A stretch of 64,000 nt of DNA. Origin: Actinomycetota bacterium (GTDB lineage Bacteria > Actinomycetota > Actinomycetes > Mycobacteriales > Jatrophihabitantaceae). Position numbers and translations under genes: made by a program. The stretch spans positions 255 through 64,254 of the forward strand of contig JBDUCV010000003.1 in NCBI GenBank assembly GCA_040003255.1. The letters are read 5' to 3'. A model generated the notes under the pieces. It did no database searches, was not told the DNA's origin, and worked only from the letters and a program-made list of their open reading frames with translations. Shown here piece by piece: positions 60,013-64,000 of the stretch (positions within the stretch are counted from its first letter, which is position 1; each line of letters begins with the position of its first letter).

Positions 60013-60678
60013 CTAATAACCGCGAGCGCGCCATTCGGGCAGGCTCGGGCGTTCAGCGCCAAGCGTCGAATCGTCGCCGTGGCCCGGATAGAACCATGTG
60101 TCATCGGGCAGCACGGCGAAGATGCGCTGCTCGACGTCGTCGATGAGCGACGTGAAGTCTTCGGGTGCCCAGGTCCTCCCCACCCCGCCTGGGAACAACG
60201 AGTCGCCGGTGAACAGATGCGCGCAACCGCCCGGGTCGCGGTAGAGCGCGGCGACCGAGCCCGGCGTGTGACCGCGCAGCGCAATCACCTCGAGCGAGAG
60301 ATCGCCCACGGTGATCGTGTCACCGTGATGCAACCGCTCGTCCACCGCCACAGGTAGATCGTCGGCGTCCTCGCCTCCGGCATACACGGCCGCTTCGGCA
60401 TCGGCTGCCGTCGCTGCGAGGGCCTGCCAGTGGTCGGCGTGCCGGTGCGTGGTGAGGATCGCTGAGACCGCCGGCCCCTCGTAGCGCACCAGCTCGGCCA
60501 GCCGCGGCGCCTCGTCGGCCGCGTCGATCAGCAGCCCCTCGCCGGTCGTGGTGCAGCGAAGCAGGTAGGCGTTGTTCGACATCCGGCCCACCGCCAGCTT
60601 GGCAATCACCAGACCAGGCAGCCGCCGCACGTCCAACGGGCCGCCGACGTAGACCTCGCCGGTGTATTCGTCGCTCAT
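60013..60678 (-). CDS. MBL-fold metallo-hydrolase (glyoxalase II-like)
   Basis: The metal motif THRHADHW is present, with downstream GHTPGS and FTGDSLFPGG. Confidence 0.85.
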   Translation of the reverse strand: MSDEYTGEVYVGGPLDVRRLPGLVIAKLAVGRMSNNAYLLRCTTTGEGLLIDAADEAPRLAELVRYEGPAVSAILTTHRHADHWQALAATAADAEAAVYAGGEDADDLPVAVDERLHHGDTITVGDLSLEVIALRGHTPGSVAALYRDPGGCAHLFTGDSLFPGGVGRTWAPEDFTSLIDDVEQRIFAVLPDDTWFYPGHGDDSTLGAERPSLPEWRARGY

Positions 60679-60701
60679 GCGGTGGACGCTAATCCCTCGA
60701 G

Positions 60702-61958
60702 CTAGCCGCTGACGGTGGGAAAGTCCCCGACTGGCGGGCTGGTCAGTATTTCGACCTTTGCGTCGGGCACGTGGGTCAGCACGTTGCTGCCGTAGGAATC
60801 GACGGCGGCCCCGCGTCCCACATCCTGGCCCTGCGCCTCAGACAGGAACCACCGGTGCTCGTTGATCTCGAAGAACAGCTCGGCGTCGGGCAGCTTGCGC
60901 CGCAGCCCCGGGGGCAACATCGCGAGGGTCGCGTAAAACTTCTCGTCCAGCCACCGCCGGGCGGCGAGGTCCTCAGGGACGTCCTCGCCGGTGCCCTCGA
61001 TCCACTTCGCCCGGAACCGGGCCAGGTCCGAGAGGAGCGCCCGGGCCTGGTTCTCCTGCACCTGCAGGCCGGTGAGGCGGAATAGCACCCGCTGGTGGTG
61101 TCCCGGCTCGACAACATGGGTACCGAAGCGGAGCTTGCGCCCACCGTCCACGGAGTTGATCTCCAGCTCCGAGACGTCGAACCCCAGTCGGTTGAGCCGT
61201 TTGATGCGTTGGTCGATGCGGTAACTTTCGTCCCGCGCGACGACCACGTCGGTGACCAGCTCAGCCCACAACTGTTTGTACTGCGGTTCGAGTGCCATCG
61301 CCGTCTCGACCGGATCGAGGTCGTCGGCGAAATCGCCCGAGGCCTGCAGGTCGAACAGTTCACCGGCGATATTCTCAGTCGCGATCGTGATGTCGTAGCT
61401 GCGCTGCCCCTCGCTGAGCTGCTCGTGCAGCTCGCCGGTCTCGGCGTCGACAAGGTAGGCCGCCAGCGCGCCGGCGTCGCGACGGAACAGGGTGTTCGAC
61501 AGGGAACAGTCGCCCCAATAGAAGCCAGCGAGATGAATCCGGACGAACAGCTCGGCCAGCGAGTCGAGCAGCCGCGACCGCAAGTTCGGTACGCCTCGCC
61601 CGATGAACAGCGACCGGTAGGGCAGCGAGAACGGCAGGTGCCTTGTGATCAGCAGACCACCGAGATCAGAGCCGTCCTGGCCGCGCCGGTCGACGACTGT
61701 GCCGAACGCGTCGACCACCGGCACTGAGCGCTCGTCGAGTTCGTGCAGGAGCCGATGCTCACGCAACACGTAGCGCTCGGTGGCCTCCTTGATCGCGAAG
61801 ATCTGATGCTGGACGCGAACGAAGCGAACCACGTGCCGGGAGATTCCACGCGGGACCTGGACAAGGCGCGGGTCGTTCCACTCGGCGAGCGGCCGGTCGA
61901 ACGGCAAGTCGAGCAGCTCGGTGGCCGCGCCAAGTGTCGTCAGCGTGTAGTCCGCCAT
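60702..61958 (-). CDS. DUF4032 domain protein (Kdo/RIO-like kinase fold N-terminus)
   Basis: PRGISRHVVRFV...FAIKE...GFYWGDCSLSNTLFRRDAG...AYLVDAETGE and the long helical C-terminus are typical of DUF4032. The ATG is at 61958. Confidence 0.7.
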   Translation of the reverse strand: MADYTLTTLGAATELLDLPFDRPLAEWNDPRLVQVPRGISRHVVRFVRVQHQIFAIKEATERYVLREHRLLHELDERSVPVVDAFGTVVDRRGQDGSDLGGLLITRHLPFSLPYRSLFIGRGVPNLRSRLLDSLAELFVRIHLAGFYWGDCSLSNTLFRRDAGALAAYLVDAETGELHEQLSEGQRSYDITIATENIAGELFDLQASGDFADDLDPVETAMALEPQYKQLWAELVTDVVVARDESYRIDQRIKRLNRLGFDVSELEINSVDGGRKLRFGTHVVEPGHHQRVLFRLTGLQVQENQARALLSDLARFRAKWIEGTGEDVPEDLAARRWLDEKFYATLAMLPPGLRRKLPDAELFFEINEHRWFLSEAQGQDVGRGAAVDSYGSNVLTHVPDAKVEILTSPPVGDFPTVSG

Positions 61959-62067
61959 GGCGGCTCCCAGGGTAGGGCTCGGGTCGGCGCCATCGGTGAC
62001 CGGCGCTAGCTGGGTTCTCGACCAGTGGCCTGGCGAGGAACTCCCAGATTGCCGAGGCGACAACTAA

Positions 62068-63429
62068 TCAGTCGACGCACAGGTTGAGCAGTGCGTTCTC
62101 GACCACCTCGATCATCGCCGGGTGAATCCAGTACTGGCTGTTGGCGAGTTCACGAACGCGCTGCCCCAGGCTCATCGCCTGGATCAACGGCTGGATCAAT
62201 GAGGACGCCTGCGGGCCCATCAGGTGCGCCCCGAGCAAGCGGCCGGTCGACGGATCGGCAAGCAGCTTGCAGACGCCCGTCGTGTCCTCCATTGCCCAGC
62301 CGTACGCGGTGTCGCCGTACTCCTCGGTTGTGCTGACGAAGGGGATGCCCCGGTCGACGGCCTGCTCCTCGGTGAGCCCGACCGTGGCGATCTGCGGGTG
62401 GGTGAACACGGCGGCGGGCACGAAACGATGATCGGCCCGCACCGGATCGTCGGGGTAAGCGAGGTTGTGCGCCACCACTTTCGCCTCGTGATTCGAGACA
62501 TGCTTGAGCTGGTAGGGCGAGCAAACGTCACCCAACGCCCAGACACAATCAGCGGTAGTGCGCTGAAAGCCGTCGACGACCACCCGTGCGTCGTCATGGA
62601 CATCGACACCCGCCTGGTCGAGGGCGAGTCGATCGGAATTGGGCAATCGGCCGGTCGCCACGAGCAACGCCTCGGCGTCCACTGCCGAGCCCTCGGCGAA
62701 CTCGAGCCGCACGCGCCGGTCGTCGCCGTCGATGCCGGTGACCTGGGCCTCGAGGCGGACGTCCCACCGCTGTTTGGCTAGCTCGGTGAAGCGCCGCGAG
62801 ATCTCACCGTCCAGATGCCGCAGCAACGACCTGCTGCGGGCGAGCACCGTCACCTCGACGCCGAACGCGCCGAAGATGTGCGCGAACTCGGCCGCGACGT
62901 AGCCGCCGCCGAGGATCGCCAGCCGCCTGGGTAGCTCTTCGATGCGCATGATCGTGTCGGACGTGTGGAACGGCACCCCGCTCGCGCTGACCACGGCGGG
63001 CACGATCGGGCGTGATCCGGCGGCGATGACGATCCGGTCTGCGGTCAGCTTCTCGCCACTCGACAGGTGCAACGTGTGTGGATCGGTGAACTCGGCATGG
63101 GTCGCGAAGAGCTTGGTGTTTGGGCCGTGCGCGCGATATTCCCGGCCGCTGGCCGAAATCGGGTCGATCCGGCCGAAGATCCGATCGCGAACGGCCGCCC
63201 AGCGCACGTCGTCGAGCGTCGCATCGATCCCGTAACGCGCGGCGTGGCGCACGGTGTCTGCGACGTCAGCGGCGTAGACGTACATCTTCGTCGGGATACA
63301 ACCGACGTTGAGGCAGGTGCCGCCGAACGTCCCTTCTTCGATCACTGCTGTCCGCCAACCGGCCAGCTCGGCAGTGATGAGCGAGTTGCCTGAGCCGGAG
63401 CCGATGACTGCCAGATCGAAGTGCGTCAC
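62068..63429 (-). CDS. mtr: Mycothione reductase
   Basis: IGSGSGNS, the redox-active GGTCLNVGCIPTK, and the C-terminal QYWIHPAMIEVVENALL closely follow my recollection of mycobacterial Mtr. GTG 63429 gives about 453 aa. Confidence 0.88.
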   Translation of the reverse strand: MTHFDLAVIGSGSGNSLITAELAGWRTAVIEEGTFGGTCLNVGCIPTKMYVYAADVADTVRHAARYGIDATLDDVRWAAVRDRIFGRIDPISASGREYRAHGPNTKLFATHAEFTDPHTLHLSSGEKLTADRIVIAAGSRPIVPAVVSASGVPFHTSDTIMRIEELPRRLAILGGGYVAAEFAHIFGAFGVEVTVLARSRSLLRHLDGEISRRFTELAKQRWDVRLEAQVTGIDGDDRRVRLEFAEGSAVDAEALLVATGRLPNSDRLALDQAGVDVHDDARVVVDGFQRTTADCVWALGDVCSPYQLKHVSNHEAKVVAHNLAYPDDPVRADHRFVPAAVFTHPQIATVGLTEEQAVDRGIPFVSTTEEYGDTAYGWAMEDTTGVCKLLADPSTGRLLGAHLMGPQASSLIQPLIQAMSLGQRVRELANSQYWIHPAMIEVVENALLNLCVD

Positions 63430-63482
63430 ATCCGCGACGCTAGTGGCGCTCAGGGCAGGGAGCTCGCCGAGGGATTCGGCTG

Positions 63483-64000
63483 TCACCAGGTCGCGACGGC
63501 CTCGGCCATCAGGTCGCCGAACAGGTGCTCGTACTCGGCGCTGGCCAGCCCGCGTCCGGCGAACCAACGGCACACGTTCACGCAGTCCCGCCGCAGGTAG
63601 TCGGGACCCTGCGGGTTCGCGGCCAAGTCGACTACCTGCGGGAGGTCGATCATCACCAACCGGCCGCGGTGGACGAGCAGGTTGTAGGCAGATAGGTCAC
63701 CGTGCGCGTATCCCTCGGCGGCCAGCAGGCGCATTGCTTCGCGGCACTGGTCGAACAGGTCGGCGAGTTCCTTCAGCTCCGGCCGACACTGGGCGAGCCG
63801 GGGAGCCGCCGTCCCGTCCTGGTCACCGATGAATTCCAGCATCAGCTCGGTGCCGGACAGCTGAACCGGGTAGGGCACCGGCGCGCCGACCTGCCAGAGT
63901 GCGCCGAGCGCCGCGAACTCGGCCGCGGCCCATTGGCCGGCCAGCAATTCCCGTCCGAACTCGGTGCGCCGTGCCATTGCCCGGGTTTCCCGGCTGCGAC
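63483..64000 (-). CDS. RIO1-family serine protein kinase; 5' end lies outside the window
   Basis: LMLEFIG, the catalytic HGDLSAYNLL, the metal-binding IDLPQ, and a frame open to the right window edge are present. Confidence 0.75.
   Translation of the reverse strand, partial: RSRETRAMARRTEFGRELLAGQWAAAEFAALGALWQVGAPVPYPVQLSGTELMLEFIGDQDGTAAPRLAQCRPELKELADLFDQCREAMRLLAAEGYAHGDLSAYNLLVHRGRLVMIDLPQVVDLAANPQGPDYLRRDCVNVCRWFAGRGLASAEYEHLFGDLMAEAVATW

Noticed and set aside
1-64000. Mobile elements, prophage, defence islands, toxin-antitoxin pairs and biosynthetic gene clusters
   Set aside because: I saw no integrase, transposase, recombinase, tRNA attachment site, phage structural genes, Cas proteins, restriction-modification genes or PKS/NRPS signatures in any frame. 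The window reads as conserved core chromosome with a few small insertions and lesions.

Overview
High-GC (roughly 68-70%) actinobacterial chromosomal core DNA, densely coding on both strands. I support about 60 protein genes, 2 riboswitches and a few hairpins and repeats. I see no rRNA, tRNA, CRISPR array, transposase or integrase. The left third (sigA, ppgK, suhB, DUF4193, dut, trkA x2, dxs, rnd, hemE-hemY-hemQ) follows the gene order I recall around M. tuberculosis Rv2703-Rv2676. The rest holds a stand-alone LigD-type primase-polymerase, an envelope/lipid block, a GNAT-AAA+ fusion divergent from ligC, glgX-treY...treZ, terC, lysX, uvrB, thiD/cytX, two L,D-transpeptidases and mtr. All product calls rest on motifs I recognise in the supplied translations; no database search was run. 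Many long ORFs in the track are GC-driven shadow ORFs or upstream extensions, so I trimmed starts where a conserved N-terminus, SD or ATGA/GTGA coupling supports it. I found no convincing wholly new multi-gene system. The items most worth a second look are: (1) two tandem TPP riboswitches between thiD and a cytX-like permease; (2) an uncharacterised GNAT-AAA+ fusion sharing a palindrome-bearing divergent promoter with ligC, with a perfect 36-bp tandem duplication at its 3' end; (3) a translationally coupled SARP + two lipoprotein cassette (with a PH-domain gene and PPK2) splitting treY from treZ; (4) a PafBC/RecA-NDp-type promoter giving a probably leaderless uvrB; (5) an unannotated Cys-rich 66-codon ORF; (6) local gene decay (5'-truncated and frameshifted MFS, frameshifted zapE).
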